A DNA stretch of 64,000 nucleotides from an uncultured delta proteobacterium. GTDB taxonomy: Bacteria > Myxococcota_A > Polyangia > Polyangiales > Polyangiaceae. A program made the translations under genes and the position numbers. Location of the stretch: contig CAWAIF010000003.1 of the NCBI GenBank assembly GCA_963782055.1, positions 6,368,001 to 6,432,000 on the forward strand, given 5' to 3'. Positions 18,152 to 31,108 of the stretch are shown here, in pieces. The notes under the pieces were generated by a model. It made no database searches. It was not told the DNA's origin and saw nothing but the letters and a program-made list of their open reading frames with translations. Numbering within the stretch: position 1 is the first letter of the stretch; every line of letters begins with the position of its first letter.

Positions 18152-18952
18152 TCACCCCTCCATCCGCTTGGCGAGCTTCCCCGCCAGGCCCGCGAAGGCG
18201 CGCGGGACGGCGCGCTTGATGCGCCAGGCCCAGCGACCGTCGGCCATCGGGACGCAGTAGAGCTCGTCCGTCTCCACCGAGTGGAGCGCGGCGCGGGCGA
18301 CCATCTCCGCGCTCTTGCCGCGGTTGACCAGACGCTCGGCGCTCTTCTTGATGTCGTCGCTGGTGAACTGGCCGGACGCGGCGATGTTGGTGCGGAAGAA
18401 CGTGGGACACAGCACCGTCACGCCGATGCCCGTGCCCTTCAGCTCGCCGGCGAGGGTCTCCGAGAGGGAGACGACGCCCGCCTTGGCGACGTTGTAGGCG
18501 CCCATGCGCGGCGCGGACAGCAGCCCGGCCGCCGACGCCATGTTGAGCACGTTGCCCGAGCCCTGCCTGCGCAGGATGGGCACGAAGACGTGGCAGCCGT
18601 GGATGACGCCCCAGAGGTCGACGTCCAGCGTCCAGCGCCAGATGTCGAGCGACAGCTCGCCGATGAGGCCGCCGGAGGAGACGCCGGCGTTGTTGACGAC
18701 CAGGTCGACGCGGCCGTCGCACGCGGCGGCGAGGGCCTCCACGTCCTCCACGCGCGTGACGTCGCACGCCATCGCGCGCGCCTCCTTCGCGCCGGCCTCC
18801 CGGGCGAGGCGCGCCGACTCCTCGGTGGCCTCCAGGTTCTTGTCGGACAGGAGCAGGCGCCCGCCGCGGCGGGCGAGCTCGAGGGCGAGCGCGCGGCCGA
18901 AACCGCTGCCCGCGCCGGTGATGACGGCGAAGGGATTCTCGGGGAGCTTCAC
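18152..18952 (-). CDS. Short-chain dehydrogenase/reductase
   Basis: Motifs TGAGSGFG, NNAG and YNVAK. Confidence 0.95.
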   Translation of the reverse strand: MKLPENPFAVITGAGSGFGRALALELARRGGRLLLSDKNLEATEESARLAREAGAKEARAMACDVTRVEDVEALAAACDGRVDLVVNNAGVSSGGLIGELSLDIWRWTLDVDLWGVIHGCHVFVPILRRQGSGNVLNMASAAGLLSAPRMGAYNVAKAGVVSLSETLAGELKGTGIGVTVLCPTFFRTNIAASGQFTSDDIKKSAERLVNRGKSAEMVARAALHSVETDELYCVPMADGRWAWRIKRAVPRAFAGLAGKLAKRMEG

Positions 18953-18989
18953 GGCGCGTGAGGGTAAGCGCCGCGACGACCGAGCGCAA

Positions 18990-20237
18990 TCAGCCGGGCG
19001 GCGGCTGGCTGCCCGGGGCCTGGTCCAGGCCGAAGCCGTCGTGCAGCGCGCGCACCGCGAGCTCGGTGTACCTGGCGGGCACCAGCACCGAGACCTTGAT
19101 CTCGCTGGTGCTGATCGCCTGGATGGGGACGTTCTCCGCCGCGAGCAGCCGGAACATCTTGGAGGCGATGCCGGCGTGCGATCGCATGCCCAGCCCGACG
19201 ATGCTCACCTTGACGATCTCGGGGTCGTAGCGCACCTCGCGCGCGCCCAGCCTCTTCGCGATGGCCTCCAGCTCCGGCTTGGCGCGCGCCAGGTCCGTCT
19301 TGGGCAAGGTGAAGGTGACGTCGGCGCGGCCCTCCGACTCCGTCGCCGCGTTCTGCACGATCATGTCGACGGAGACGTTCTTCTCGGCGAGGTGGCCGAA
19401 GAGCTCGGCCATGGCGCCCAGCTTGTCCTCGAAGCCGACGATGGAGACGCGCGCCTCGCCCTTGTCGTAGGCGACGCCGGCGACGACCACGTCCTCCAGC
19501 GCCTTGTCCTCGCGCGTGACCCACGTGCCCTCCTTGTCCGAGAAGGAGGTCCTCACGTGCACCGGAACGCCGTACTTCATCGCGATCTCCACGCTGCGGA
19601 TCTGCAGCACCTTGGCCCCGAGGGAGGCGAGCTCCAGCATCTCCTCGTAGGAGATGCGCGCGATCTTGCGCGCCGACGGGCAGACGTTGGGGTCGGTCGT
19701 GTAGACGCCGTCGACGTCGGTGTAGATCTCGCACGCGTCGGCCCCGATCGCCGCAGCCACCGCCACCGCCGTGGTGTCCGAGCCGCCGCGGCCGAGGGTG
19801 GTGATGTTGCCGTGCTCGTCCACGCCCTGGAAACCGGCGACCACCGCGATCTGCCCCTGCTCCAGCGTGGAGAAGATCTTGGAGCCCTCGATGGCCTTGA
19901 TGCGCGCCTTGGTGAAGGCCCCGTCGGTGAGGATCTTCACCTGGTGGCCGACCAGCGACCGCGCCTTGCCGCCCTCCGCCTGGATGGCCAGGGAGGTGAG
20001 CGCGGCGGAGACCTGCTCGCCGGTCGCTGCGAGGGCGTCCATCTCGCGGGCGTCGGGGACCTCCGTCACCTGGTGGGCGAGGCCGAGCAGGCGGTTCGTC
20101 TCCCCGCTCATGGCGCTGACGATGAGCACGACGTCGTTGCCCGCGCGCTGCGCGGCGAGGCACCGCCTCGCCACGTTGCGGATGCGGTCGATCGAGCCCA
20201 CCGACGTGCCGCCGAACTTCTGGACGACGAGTGCCAC
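18990..20237 (-). CDS. lysC: Aspartate kinase
   Basis: Motifs VQKFGGTSV, TTLGRGGSDTTA and YTDVDGVYTTDP, followed by two ACT domains. Confidence 0.97.
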   Translation of the reverse strand: MALVVQKFGGTSVGSIDRIRNVARRCLAAQRAGNDVVLIVSAMSGETNRLLGLAHQVTEVPDAREMDALAATGEQVSAALTSLAIQAEGGKARSLVGHQVKILTDGAFTKARIKAIEGSKIFSTLEQGQIAVVAGFQGVDEHGNITTLGRGGSDTTAVAVAAAIGADACEIYTDVDGVYTTDPNVCPSARKIARISYEEMLELASLGAKVLQIRSVEIAMKYGVPVHVRTSFSDKEGTWVTREDKALEDVVVAGVAYDKGEARVSIVGFEDKLGAMAELFGHLAEKNVSVDMIVQNAATESEGRADVTFTLPKTDLARAKPELEAIAKRLGAREVRYDPEIVKVSIVGLGMRSHAGIASKMFRLLAAENVPIQAISTSEIKVSVLVPARYTELAVRALHDGFGLDQAPGSQPPPG

Positions 20238-20336
20238 GGCGCCGAACGACTACGGGCAAACCCGCGCGCCGTCAACCGCCCGCCGCGCGATCGCCCGCGG
20301 TGAAATTTCGGGGCAGCGCACGGCGAACCGTCTCCG

Positions 20337-22136
<1,800 letters not shown>

Positions 22137-22204
22137 CCCCGCCAGAGCCGTGGGGCGGGCTGCGGGGGCCATTTGGGCATTGACCGGGGACGTGAGGGCG
22201 CGGG

Positions 22205-22585
22205 ATGGTGCGCGCGGTGGGGCCGTACGCGAGCTACCTGGTCGAGACCTTCGTCACGCTCGTCGTGGTGTGCGGGCTCGCCTTCGTGGTGCTCTTCGGC
22301 GCGCGGCGCCTCGGCGTGGGGCGCGCCTCCGGCTCCATCAAGCTGGTCGGCCAGCTCCCGCTGGACGCGCGGCGCGCCATCTACCTGGTGAAGGTGGGAC
22401 GCGCGGTGCTCGTGGTCGGTGCCTCGGAGTCCGGGCTCACCAAGCTGGGCGAGCTGGCGGAGGAGGACGTGCCGGCGACGCCCGAGCCGGCCACCGGCGG
22501 CTTCGCCGGGGTGCTGGCCCGCGCGATGGGCCGCAAGGCCGCCGGGGCGGAGGCGCCGGACGCGCCGGGGCCCGCCGATGACTGA
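22205..22585 (+). CDS. fliO: FliO-family protein
   Basis: N-terminal TM helix, then IKLVGQLPLDARRAIYLVKVGRAVLVVGASESGLTKLGEL, which fits the FliO pattern. Directly upstream of a fliP-like gene. Confidence 0.8.
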   Translation: MVRAVGPYASYLVETFVTLVVVCGLAFVVLFGARRLGVGRASGSIKLVGQLPLDARRAIYLVKVGRAVLVVGASESGLTKLGELAEEDVPATPEPATGGFAGVLARAMGRKAAGAEAPDAPGPADD

Positions 22586-23336
22586 TCGCCGCGCTCGCCA
22601 GGCGGTGGCGCTCGGCGCGGGCGCGGCCGCGTTGTTGCTCCCGGCCGCCGCGCTCGCCGCGCCGCCGGGCAGCGAGGGGGACCTGCTCGGCCGCCCCATC
22701 GTGCTGGTCGTGGCGCTGGCGCTGGTGTCGCTGTTGCCGTTCGTCTTCATGAGCGTCACCGCCTTCGTGAAGATCTCCACGGTGCTGCAGATCGTCCGCA
22801 GCGCCATCGGCGCGCAGAACGTCCCGTCCAACACGGTGGTGATGGCGCTCGCCGCGTCGCTCACCCTGCTGGCGATGGCGCCGGTGGGCGACAAGATCTG
22901 GGCGCGCGCCGCCCCCATGTTCGAGGGCAGCGGGACGCCGGACACGATGACGCTGGTGCGCGGGGGCATCGACGCCTTCGAGGAGCCGATGCGCGACTTC
23001 CTCTCGCAGAACACCAGCGCGAAGGAGAAGGAGCGCTTCCTCGCGGTCGCGAAGGAGTCGCGCCCGGCGGCGGACCGCGGCAAGGTGAAGGCGGACGACT
23101 TCTCGGTGCTGGTCCCCGCCTTCGTCACGACCGAGCTGACGGAGGCCTTCGCGATAGGCTTCTTGATCTACCTGCCGTTCCTCGTCATCGACATGGTGGT
23201 CGCCAACGTGCTGCTGGCGCTGGGCATGCAGATGCTCAGTCCCACGCAGGTCAGCCTGCCCTTCAAGCTGCTGCTCTTCGTGGCGATCGACGGGTGGGGG
23301 CTGCTCGCCCGCGCGCTGGTTGCAGGATACAGCTAG
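22578..23336 (+). CDS. sctR: Type III export gate subunit, FliP/SctR family
   Basis: Motifs MSVTAFVKISTVLQIVRSAIGAQNVP, PAFVTTELTEAFAIGFLIYLPFLVIDMVVANVLLALGMQM and SLPFKLLLFVAIDGW. Confidence 0.93.
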   Translation: MTDRRARQAVALGAGAAALLLPAAALAAPPGSEGDLLGRPIVLVVALALVSLLPFVFMSVTAFVKISTVLQIVRSAIGAQNVPSNTVVMALAASLTLLAMAPVGDKIWARAAPMFEGSGTPDTMTLVRGGIDAFEEPMRDFLSQNTSAKEKERFLAVAKESRPAADRGKVKADDFSVLVPAFVTTELTEAFAIGFLIYLPFLVIDMVVANVLLALGMQMLSPTQVSLPFKLLLFVAIDGWGLLARALVAGYS

Positions 23337-24670
23337 TTCGCGCGGCTCCCTCCGGCGCGGAGAGTGACGCGCGCGCGCACGCCGTTCTTCGGGCGAAGCG
23401 TCACCGCGGGCTGCAGCTCCACCGGCCCCGGCGCCTCCACGTGGAAGCGCTGCACGATGCACGCGAGCAGGAGCACCGCCTCCAGCATGGCGAAGTGCAT
23501 GCCGATGCACGCGCGCGGCCCGCCGCCGAAGGGGAAGTACGCGTAGCGCGGGATGGACCCGCGGCGACCAGGCGACCAGCGGTCCGGATCGAAGCGCTGC
23601 GGCTCCGGGAAGAAGCGGGGGTCCTGGTGGGTGACCCACTGGGTGAGGAAGATCTGCGTGCCCTTCCGGATGACGTGCCCGTCCAGGTCGATGTCGGCGA
23701 GCGCCTCGCGGCCGATGCCCCAGGCCGGCGGGCGCAGGCGCATCCCCTCCTCGATCACCTGCCGTGTGTAGACCAGGCGCGACTCGTCGGCGGCCCCGGG
23801 CGCGCGGCCGCCGAGCACTCGTGCGATCTCTTCCACCAGCGTGCGCTCCGCGTCCGGGTTCTCCGAGAGCAGGTGCAGCGTCCAGGTCAGCGCGAGGGAG
23901 GTCGTCTCGTGACCGGCGAGCAGGAGCGTGACCAGCTCGTCGCGGATCTGCGGGTCGTCGATGGCGCCCTCGTCGTCGCGCGCGTCGAGGAGCCAGGAGA
24001 GCAGGTCGTCGCCGCGCGGCGCCGCCTTGCGGCGTGCCAGCATGCCGTAGACGATGTCGTCGATGCGCCGCGCGGCGCGCTGCGCGCTGCGGTTGCGCGG
24101 GAGCGGCCAGGCGACAGGCAGCGGGAGCCAGCTGGTCATCATCTCCTCGAAGCGGTCCATGAAGGCGTCGATGGACGACGACATGGCCGCGGCGTCCGCC
24201 TCCATCTCCGCGCCGAAGAGGGCGCGGCCGACGATCTCCAGCGTGACGCGCGACATCTCCGCCGGCAGGTCGATCCCCGCGCCGTCCTTCCAGCGGTCGA
24301 GCATCGCCTCCACGCGCTCCACCATCGTCTGCGCGTAGACGCGGATGCGCTCGTTGTGGAAGGCGGGCTGGATGAGGCGGCGCTCTCGCTTCCAGAGCTC
24401 GTCCTCGCTGGTGAGCAGGCCCTTCCCCATCACCAGCTCCAGCTCCTTGAAGTCCCACGACTTGTGCAGCCGTGGCGTCTCGCGCGTGAGGATGCGCTGG
24501 ATCCACTCCGGCCGGTTGACCTGCACGCACCGGAAGGGCCCGATGCGGAAGAAGGCGACGTCGCCGTGGTCGCGCGCGAGGCGCGTGCAGAAGCCGAGCG
24601 GGTCGCGGCGGAAGGCGGGGAGGCTCCCGAGCAGCGGGACGCCGCGGGGTCCGGGGAGCGCGGTGCTCAT
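23333..24670 (-). CDS. Cytochrome P450
   Basis: Motifs AGHETT, EGMR (ExxR), PQRFDPDRW and FGGGPRACIG. Confidence 0.97.
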   Translation of the reverse strand: MSTALPGPRGVPLLGSLPAFRRDPLGFCTRLARDHGDVAFFRIGPFRCVQVNRPEWIQRILTRETPRLHKSWDFKELELVMGKGLLTSEDELWKRERRLIQPAFHNERIRVYAQTMVERVEAMLDRWKDGAGIDLPAEMSRVTLEIVGRALFGAEMEADAAAMSSSIDAFMDRFEEMMTSWLPLPVAWPLPRNRSAQRAARRIDDIVYGMLARRKAAPRGDDLLSWLLDARDDEGAIDDPQIRDELVTLLLAGHETTSLALTWTLHLLSENPDAERTLVEEIARVLGGRAPGAADESRLVYTRQVIEEGMRLRPPAWGIGREALADIDLDGHVIRKGTQIFLTQWVTHQDPRFFPEPQRFDPDRWSPGRRGSIPRYAYFPFGGGPRACIGMHFAMLEAVLLLACIVQRFHVEAPGPVELQPAVTLRPKNGVRARVTLRAGGSRAN

Positions 24671-25290
24671 GGCTCGCGCTCCTTTCTGGGCGCGGCCCCG
24701 TCGAGGAACTGGCGGAGCACCAGGTCCGGGATGGCCTCGAGGGACGGCCGGGTGCCGCCCGACGCGAAGTGCTGCACGAGCGCCAGATCGTCCAGGCCGA
24801 CGAACCAGAGCGCGAGCTCGGCCAGCGGGAGATCGCCGCGCACGTGGCCTCGCGCCATGCCATCACGCAGGATGGCCTCGATGCGCTCGAGGAAGGGCGC
24901 GGCCGACTCCAGCAGCGGCGCGGTGAGGGCCGGATCGCCGCTGAGCGCGACGCGCACGAAGACGCGAGCGAACGCCGGGTGCCGCTCCACCCAGCGCATG
25001 TCGCTCACCAGCAGGGCGTGGAGGCGCTCGCGCACGTGGGCCGCGGGATCGTCGTCCGACTCCTCCACCGCGCGAGCGCACGCCTCGCGCACGACGGCGA
25101 AGAAGAGCGCCTCCTTGGAGGGGAAGTAGTTGTAGACGGTGCCCTTGGCGAAGCCGGCGGCGGTGGAGATGCGGTTGATGTTGGCGCTGGCGAGCCCCTC
25201 GCGCGCGAACTCGTCGGCGGCGGAGAGCAGGAGCTTCTCGCGGGTGAGCTCGCGAAGCTCGTCGCGGGCGCGGGGGGAGGTGGATGTCAT
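24667..25290 (-). CDS. TetR/AcrR family transcriptional regulator
   Basis: HTH segment ISTAAGFAKGTVYNYFPSKEALF. Translationally coupled to the P450 gene. Confidence 0.95.
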   Translation of the reverse strand: MTSTSPRARDELRELTREKLLLSAADEFAREGLASANINRISTAAGFAKGTVYNYFPSKEALFFAVVREACARAVEESDDDPAAHVRERLHALLVSDMRWVERHPAFARVFVRVALSGDPALTAPLLESAAPFLERIEAILRDGMARGHVRGDLPLAELALWFVGLDDLALVQHFASGGTRPSLEAIPDLVLRQFLDGAAPRKEREP

Positions 25291-25327
25291 GGGTGACCGG
25301 CCACCCATATATTGGGCCATAGCCCAA
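25291..25327. promoter_or_regulatory. Two candidate operator palindromes upstream of tetR
   Basis: GGGTGACCGGCCACCC (25291-25306, 14/16 symmetric) and TTGGGC-CATA-GCCCAA (25312-25327). Confidence 0.5.
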
Positions 25328-25431
25328 ATCTGGCAACCCCCCATTCTTCGGGTCCGCCCGCGCGCGCCTGTCGCGCCCACCCGCGCCGGCTCGACGGCGC
25401 CGCGGCACGACGCTCGTGATATGCCGAGACC

Positions 25432-25761
25432 ATGTCGCAGCCGCTACCGCCTGGCTTCCCGCAGCAGCCTCCGCCCGCCGTGAGCGCGCTCGACGGCCTG
25501 GTGCCGACCAACCCGCTCGCCGCGCTCTCGTGCTGGTCGGGGATCTTCTCGCTGCTCTTCTGCTTCTTCGGTCCGCTGCTCGGGCCGCTGGCGTTGATCA
25601 CCGGGATCATCTCCCTGAAGAAGGGCGCGATGATCCAGCAGAGCGGCTACGGCAAGGCGACGTCCACCGCGCGGAGCTGGATCGGCATCGTGACCGGCGC
25701 GCTGGGCACGGTGGTGGGCATCGTCGTCCTGGTGATGGCCATCCTCGACCACCACCGCTGA
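25432..25761 (+). CDS. DUF4190-like small membrane protein
   Basis: PTNPLAALS...ALITGIISL...SWIGIVTG pattern; TM helices. Confidence 0.75.
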   Translation: MSQPLPPGFPQQPPPAVSALDGLVPTNPLAALSCWSGIFSLLFCFFGPLLGPLALITGIISLKKGAMIQQSGYGKATSTARSWIGIVTGALGTVVGIVVLVMAILDHHR

Positions 25762-25797
25762 GGCGCGCCGGACACCTCGGCGGCGGCGGCCTCACCG

Positions 25798-26730
<933 letters not shown>

Positions 26731-26901
26731 GACCGACTCCGCCGCGCGGATGGCAGCCACCCCGCCCGCAAGAACTTCGGGGCGGGTGCACGACATGCGC
26801 GCTCCGACCCGAGCGGAACCACGAGGATGGGCTGCTGGCTCGGCATCGGAGACGCATGACGCACGAGACGTACCAGGCGGCGCGAGCGCCGCGGGCGCGG
26901 C

Positions 26902-27285
26902 TCAGTGAAGCGGCGCGGCGGGCTGCGGCTCCTCGGCGGGCGGGGGAGCCTCGTGGGCGGCCCGCCTCTTCTCCCCACGCTCCTCGATCGTCTTCATGAT
27001 CTGCTCGCGGATCTTCTTGCCCTGCGTCGGGGCCAGAACGAAGACGATCGCCCCTCCGGCGGCTGCGCCGGCGGCAAACCAGAGGAGCGGGCGGAGCGCG
27101 CTCTCGCGGCGCTGCAGGCCCACGCGTCTCAGCAGGGAGTCTCCCCCACGCACCTCGGCGACGCGCAGGTCGTTGATGAGGCGAAGCGCCTGCGCGCCCA
27201 GGTCGACGATCGAGGCCCGGGTGCGAGTGGCTGCGTGTGTCACGTGGGTGGCTGCCTTCTCGGCGGTGTCGGTGACGGAGCTCAT
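26902..27285 (-). CDS. YtxH-like small membrane protein
   Basis: Strong RBS GAAAGGAGG. FAAGAAAGGAIVFVLAPTQGKKIREQI fits the YtxH pattern. Confidence 0.8.
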   Translation of the reverse strand: MSSVTDTAEKAATHVTHAATRTRASIVDLGAQALRLINDLRVAEVRGGDSLLRRVGLQRRESALRPLLWFAAGAAAGGAIVFVLAPTQGKKIREQIMKTIEERGEKRRAAHEAPPPAEEPQPAAPLH

Positions 27286-27441
27286 GGTGTGCCTCCTTTC
27301 GAGTTGCCGACCTTCGTGCATCAAGCGAGCCACTGGGCCCGCGGCGGGCCGCCCCCACCATCTCTTCGGCTCGAGCACCTCCCCTGTAAGGCCCGGCCAC
27401 CTCCGCCGTTCCTCCTCGCGAAAGGGAACGGGAAAGGGACC

Positions 27442-28326
27442 ATGAGATCGCTTCTTCTTCGAGCTGGAACTGGCATCACCCTCGCGTGGGTGCTCTCCGC
27501 GTGCGGCGCGTCCATGAAGATGGCGCCGGAAGCTCCGGATGCCTACGCGCCGGCGCGCGCGGCGGTGGCCGACGCGGCCCCGGGCATGGCGGGAGGCGCC
27601 CAGGGGGCGCAGCCAATGAACGCCCCGGCCCCGGTCGCCAACGTCGGCGGCGGCGCGCCCCCAGGGCTCGCGACCGGGGCGACCGGCGCCAAGGTGACCA
27701 CCACCACGACCAAGCCACGGACCGCCGAGGCGCAGAGCCCGGACGTGCTCATCGTCTACACCGGCGACGTGCAGATGATGGTCGACGAAGAGCGCATGGC
27801 GACCACCATCGACAAGATCATCGACGCCGCCGAGGCGGTGGGCGGGCACCTCGCCGGCCGCAAGGACACCAGCGTGCAGGTGAAGGTGCCCTCCGCGCAC
27901 TTCCGTGACGCGCTCTCGCACATCGAGGAGCTCGGCGCGGTCACGCACCGCTCGGTCTCGGCCGAGGACGTCTCGGAGGAGTACCACGACGCCGAGGTGC
28001 AGCTCGCCAACCTGAAGGCGACGCGCCAGCGCCTGCAAGATTTCCTGAGCAAGGCGCCCAACGTCAAGGACATGCTCACGGTCGAGCACGAGCTCGAGCG
28101 CATCGGCATGGACATCGATCGCATCGAGGGCCGCATGCGATACCTGCGTGTGCACACCGCCTTCTCGCTCATCTCGGTGGAGCTGACCGCCAAGCCGAAG
28201 CCCGTGAAGGTGATCGCGCAGAAGCCGCCGCCGCCTCCCAAGGCACCTCCCCCGCGCGCCATGGACCTGCCGGTGACCTGGCTGGACGACATGGGCGTTC
28301 CCCAACTTCTTCAAGTCGAAAAGTGA
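27442..28326 (+). CDS. DUF4349-family lipoprotein
   Basis: Lipobox LSAC. Motif SAEDVSEEYHD followed by a coiled coil (IDRIEGRMRYL). Confidence 0.85.
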   Translation: MRSLLLRAGTGITLAWVLSACGASMKMAPEAPDAYAPARAAVADAAPGMAGGAQGAQPMNAPAPVANVGGGAPPGLATGATGAKVTTTTTKPRTAEAQSPDVLIVYTGDVQMMVDEERMATTIDKIIDAAEAVGGHLAGRKDTSVQVKVPSAHFRDALSHIEELGAVTHRSVSAEDVSEEYHDAEVQLANLKATRQRLQDFLSKAPNVKDMLTVEHELERIGMDIDRIEGRMRYLRVHTAFSLISVELTAKPKPVKVIAQKPPPPPKAPPPRAMDLPVTWLDDMGVPQLLQVEK

Positions 28327-28334
28327 GACTGACC

Positions 28335-28799
28335 ATGCGCTTCCACACCATCCTCTCCGCCCTCGCCTGCGTCGCCGCCCTGAGCGCCGCGTGCACCCCC
28401 GCCGCCCGGCTCTCCGCCCCCGACGGCTTCACCCACCTGGACGGCAAGTACGACGACCGCGTCGCCAGCGCGCGCGGCGTCGTCGTCGGCGCCCGCGTCG
28501 AGAAGAACGAGCCTCAGGCCAACCTGGAGTTCTGGACGGACGCGATCGATCTGCGGCTGCGGCAGCGCGGCTACGTCCCGGAGGCTTCGAGCGGCGCCGA
28601 CGTGAAGAGCGCGAGCGGCCTGCCCGGCAAGTCGCTGCGCTACACCTGGTTCGACGGGACGCGCGACAACGCGTACTGGGTCGATGTCTTCGCGACCGAC
28701 CGCCACGTGGTGCTCGTCGAGGCGGCCGGCGCGACCAGCGACTTCAGGGCGAGCGAGAAGGCGGTCGAGGCGAGCATGAGGTCGGTGCGGGTCGACTGA
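28335..28799 (+). CDS. Hypothetical lipoprotein
   Basis: Lipobox SAAC; adjacent to the DUF4349 gene; coding-like codon usage. Confidence 0.8.
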   Translation: MRFHTILSALACVAALSAACTPAARLSAPDGFTHLDGKYDDRVASARGVVVGARVEKNEPQANLEFWTDAIDLRLRQRGYVPEASSGADVKSASGLPGKSLRYTWFDGTRDNAYWVDVFATDRHVVLVEAAGATSDFRASEKAVEASMRSVRVD

Positions 28800-28879
28800 C
28801 GCCGGGACCCGACACGCCCCACGCGGGGAGGGGCCCCCGCCCAATGCATGACCTTCCCTCGGCCTCTGTAATAGAGGAG

Positions 28880-28952
<73 letters not shown>

Positions 28953-29092
28953 GGGTGACCCGGCGGTCGGGGGACCGACGGGCGGCGGCGGACTCTACGC
29001 GCTGGCCTGGCGATGTCAAGCCGCCACCGCAGGACACGGACGCGGGCGAGGCGCGGCGGCTGACGCCCCGCCTCACCCGCGTCGGGGGCGAG

Positions 29093-29521
29093 CTACTTCT
29101 TCTTGCCCTTGTCCTTGTCCTTGTCCTTGTCCTTCTTGTCGTCGTGGTGGGCGGTGCTCGGACCGCCCTTGTCGTGACCCTTGTCGTGATTGGCGTCGTG
29201 GCCCTTGTCGTCGTGGTCCTTGCCCTGGCCGTTGTGGTTGCCGTCGTCGCCGTGCTCGTCGTGGCCCTGCCCCGCGTGCATCCCGTCGTCGCCGTGCTCG
29301 TCGTGGCCCTGTCCGGCGTGCATCCCGTCGTCGCCGTGCATGTCGTGATCGTGATCGCCGTCGTGGTGCACCGGCGGTCCAGCCATGGGCGGCGAGTCGG
29401 GCGGCATCGCCGGGCCCGGTCCGGCGGAGCCCTCCGCGACGCACGCGGTCGAGGACAGGGCGAGCGCGCCGATCGCCGCGATGGCGATCAGCGTACCGAA
29501 CGAACGTGCTTCGTGACGCAT
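29093..29521 (-). CDS. His/Asp-rich low-complexity lipoprotein
   Basis: RBS AAGGAG and lipobox STAC. Repeats of HGDDGMHAGQGHDE, and a KDKDKDK tail. Confidence 0.8.
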   Translation of the reverse strand: MRHEARSFGTLIAIAAIGALALSSTACVAEGSAGPGPAMPPDSPPMAGPPVHHDGDHDHDMHGDDGMHAGQGHDEHGDDGMHAGQGHDEHGDDGNHNGQGKDHDDKGHDANHDKGHDKGGPSTAHHDDKKDKDKDKDKGKKK

Positions 29522-29739
29522 GGGTTTCTCCTTGTCGTCGGCCACGCCGACGGGACGAAGCTACGCGGGTCGCGGGCCTCGTCAATGTGAGCAAACGGAG
29601 GCGGTGTCGCGCATCACGCACACGCGCCCCGGTCAGCGGGGCGACCACCTTACCGGTCCTGGTTGCGACCAGAGCGCCCCCTTCGGCCCTGAATTCCTGG
29701 GCGAATCGTCGTGGCGAGGGGGTTGCACGCTCGGCGAGG

Positions 29740-31098
29740 ATGACCCTTCGCATCCTGCTCAGCCTTGCCGTCGTGGCGGCCGTCTCCTCCTCGTGCAGCT
29801 CCAGCGACTCCAACCAGTCATGCGCCGTCGGCGACACCGAGGCGTGCAAGGACGCGGGCGACGGCTTCGTCTGCGAGCAGGTGCAGGGAGGGACGACCGC
29901 GTGCTTCGCGCCGCTCACCGTCCAGGGCAAGGTGATCGACGGCCAGACCAGCGCGCCCATCGCCAACGCCAGGGTGCTCGCGCGCGACGTCGACGGCGCG
30001 GCGGTGAGCCCGGTCGCCGTCACCGCCGCCGACGGCACCTACGCGCTGCGCGTCCCCGCGACGCGCGACGCGTCCGGCGCGATCGTGTCGTTCAAGGTGA
30101 CGCTGCGCGCCGACGCGCAGGGCTACCAGTCCTTCCCGGGCGGCATCCGCATCGCCCTGCCCTTCGACCTCGCGACCGCCAGCGGCTCCCCGCCGGTGCT
30201 GGAGGCACCCCCGACCACCGTGGCGCTCTTCTCCACCGGCAAGTCCGGCCAGGGCTGGATCTCCGGCAAGGTGGACTCGTCGAAGGCGGCGGGCACCGTG
30301 GTCGTGGCGCAGGGCGGCGGGACCGGCGTCGCCGATCGTGACGGGTCGTACGTCGTGTTCAACGTCGACCCCGGCACGGTCACGGTGAACGGCTACGTGG
30401 CCGGCGTGAACCTGAAGCCGGCATCGGCGACGGTCACCGCGGGCGCGGAGACGCCGAACGTCGACCTCGCGGAGGCGGGCGCGGCGAACGGCTCGGTCAC
30501 CGGCTCGGTCAACATCGTCAACGCCGCGGGCGCGTCGTCGACGTCCGTCGTGCTGGTCATCGACGACACCTTCAACGCCACGCTGGAGCGCGGTGACGTG
30601 CCGGTGGGTCTGCGCGCGGGCAACGTGAAGGGCGCCTACTCCATCACCGGCGTGCCGGACGGCAAGTACGCCGTGCTCGCCGCCTTCGAGAACGACGGGC
30701 TGGTGCGCGATCCAGACACCAGCATCGCGGGGACGCAGATCCAGCACATCACCGTGTCCGGCGGGCCGACGTCGGTGTCCGGCTTCAAGGTGACCGGCGC
30801 GCTGGACGTCATCTCCCCCGGCGCGGGCGATCCGGAGACCGTCACCGGGGCGCCCACCTTCCGGTGGAAGGACGACTCCAGCGAGACCGGCTACCACCTG
30901 CAGGTCTTCGACACCTTCGGCAACGTCGTCTGGGACAATCCGACCATCCCCGGCTCCAGCGGCTCCGACCCGTCGGTACCCTACGGTGGTCCGTCGCTCT
31001 CGCCCGGCGCCTGGTACCAGTTCCGCGTCACCTCCCTGAAGAACCAGACGCCCATCGCGCGGACCGAGGACCTGAAGGGGATCTTCATCGAGCAGTAG
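29740..31098 (+). CDS. Lipoprotein with carboxypeptidase-regulatory-like beta-sandwich domains
   Basis: Signal peptide ending SSSC. Motifs VQGKVIDGQTSAPIANARV and TAADGTY, with an Ig-like C-terminus. Confidence 0.85.
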   Translation: MTLRILLSLAVVAAVSSSCSSSDSNQSCAVGDTEACKDAGDGFVCEQVQGGTTACFAPLTVQGKVIDGQTSAPIANARVLARDVDGAAVSPVAVTAADGTYALRVPATRDASGAIVSFKVTLRADAQGYQSFPGGIRIALPFDLATASGSPPVLEAPPTTVALFSTGKSGQGWISGKVDSSKAAGTVVVAQGGGTGVADRDGSYVVFNVDPGTVTVNGYVAGVNLKPASATVTAGAETPNVDLAEAGAANGSVTGSVNIVNAAGASSTSVVLVIDDTFNATLERGDVPVGLRAGNVKGAYSITGVPDGKYAVLAAFENDGLVRDPDTSIAGTQIQHITVSGGPTSVSGFKVTGALDVISPGAGDPETVTGAPTFRWKDDSSETGYHLQVFDTFGNVVWDNPTIPGSSGSDPSVPYGGPSLSPGAWYQFRVTSLKNQTPIARTEDLKGIFIEQ

Positions 31099-31108
31099 CG
31101 ACGAGGGC

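Noticed and set aside
23333..25290. P450/BVMO/SDR as a secondary-metabolite cluster
   Set aside because: The genes are dispersed, and there is no PKS, NRPS, terpene or RiPP core gene in the window.
29240..29345. Repeats as a CRISPR array (also 59940-59985 and the Cys-repeat genes)
   Set aside because: These are coding or simple tandem repeats without unique spacers, and no cas genes are present.
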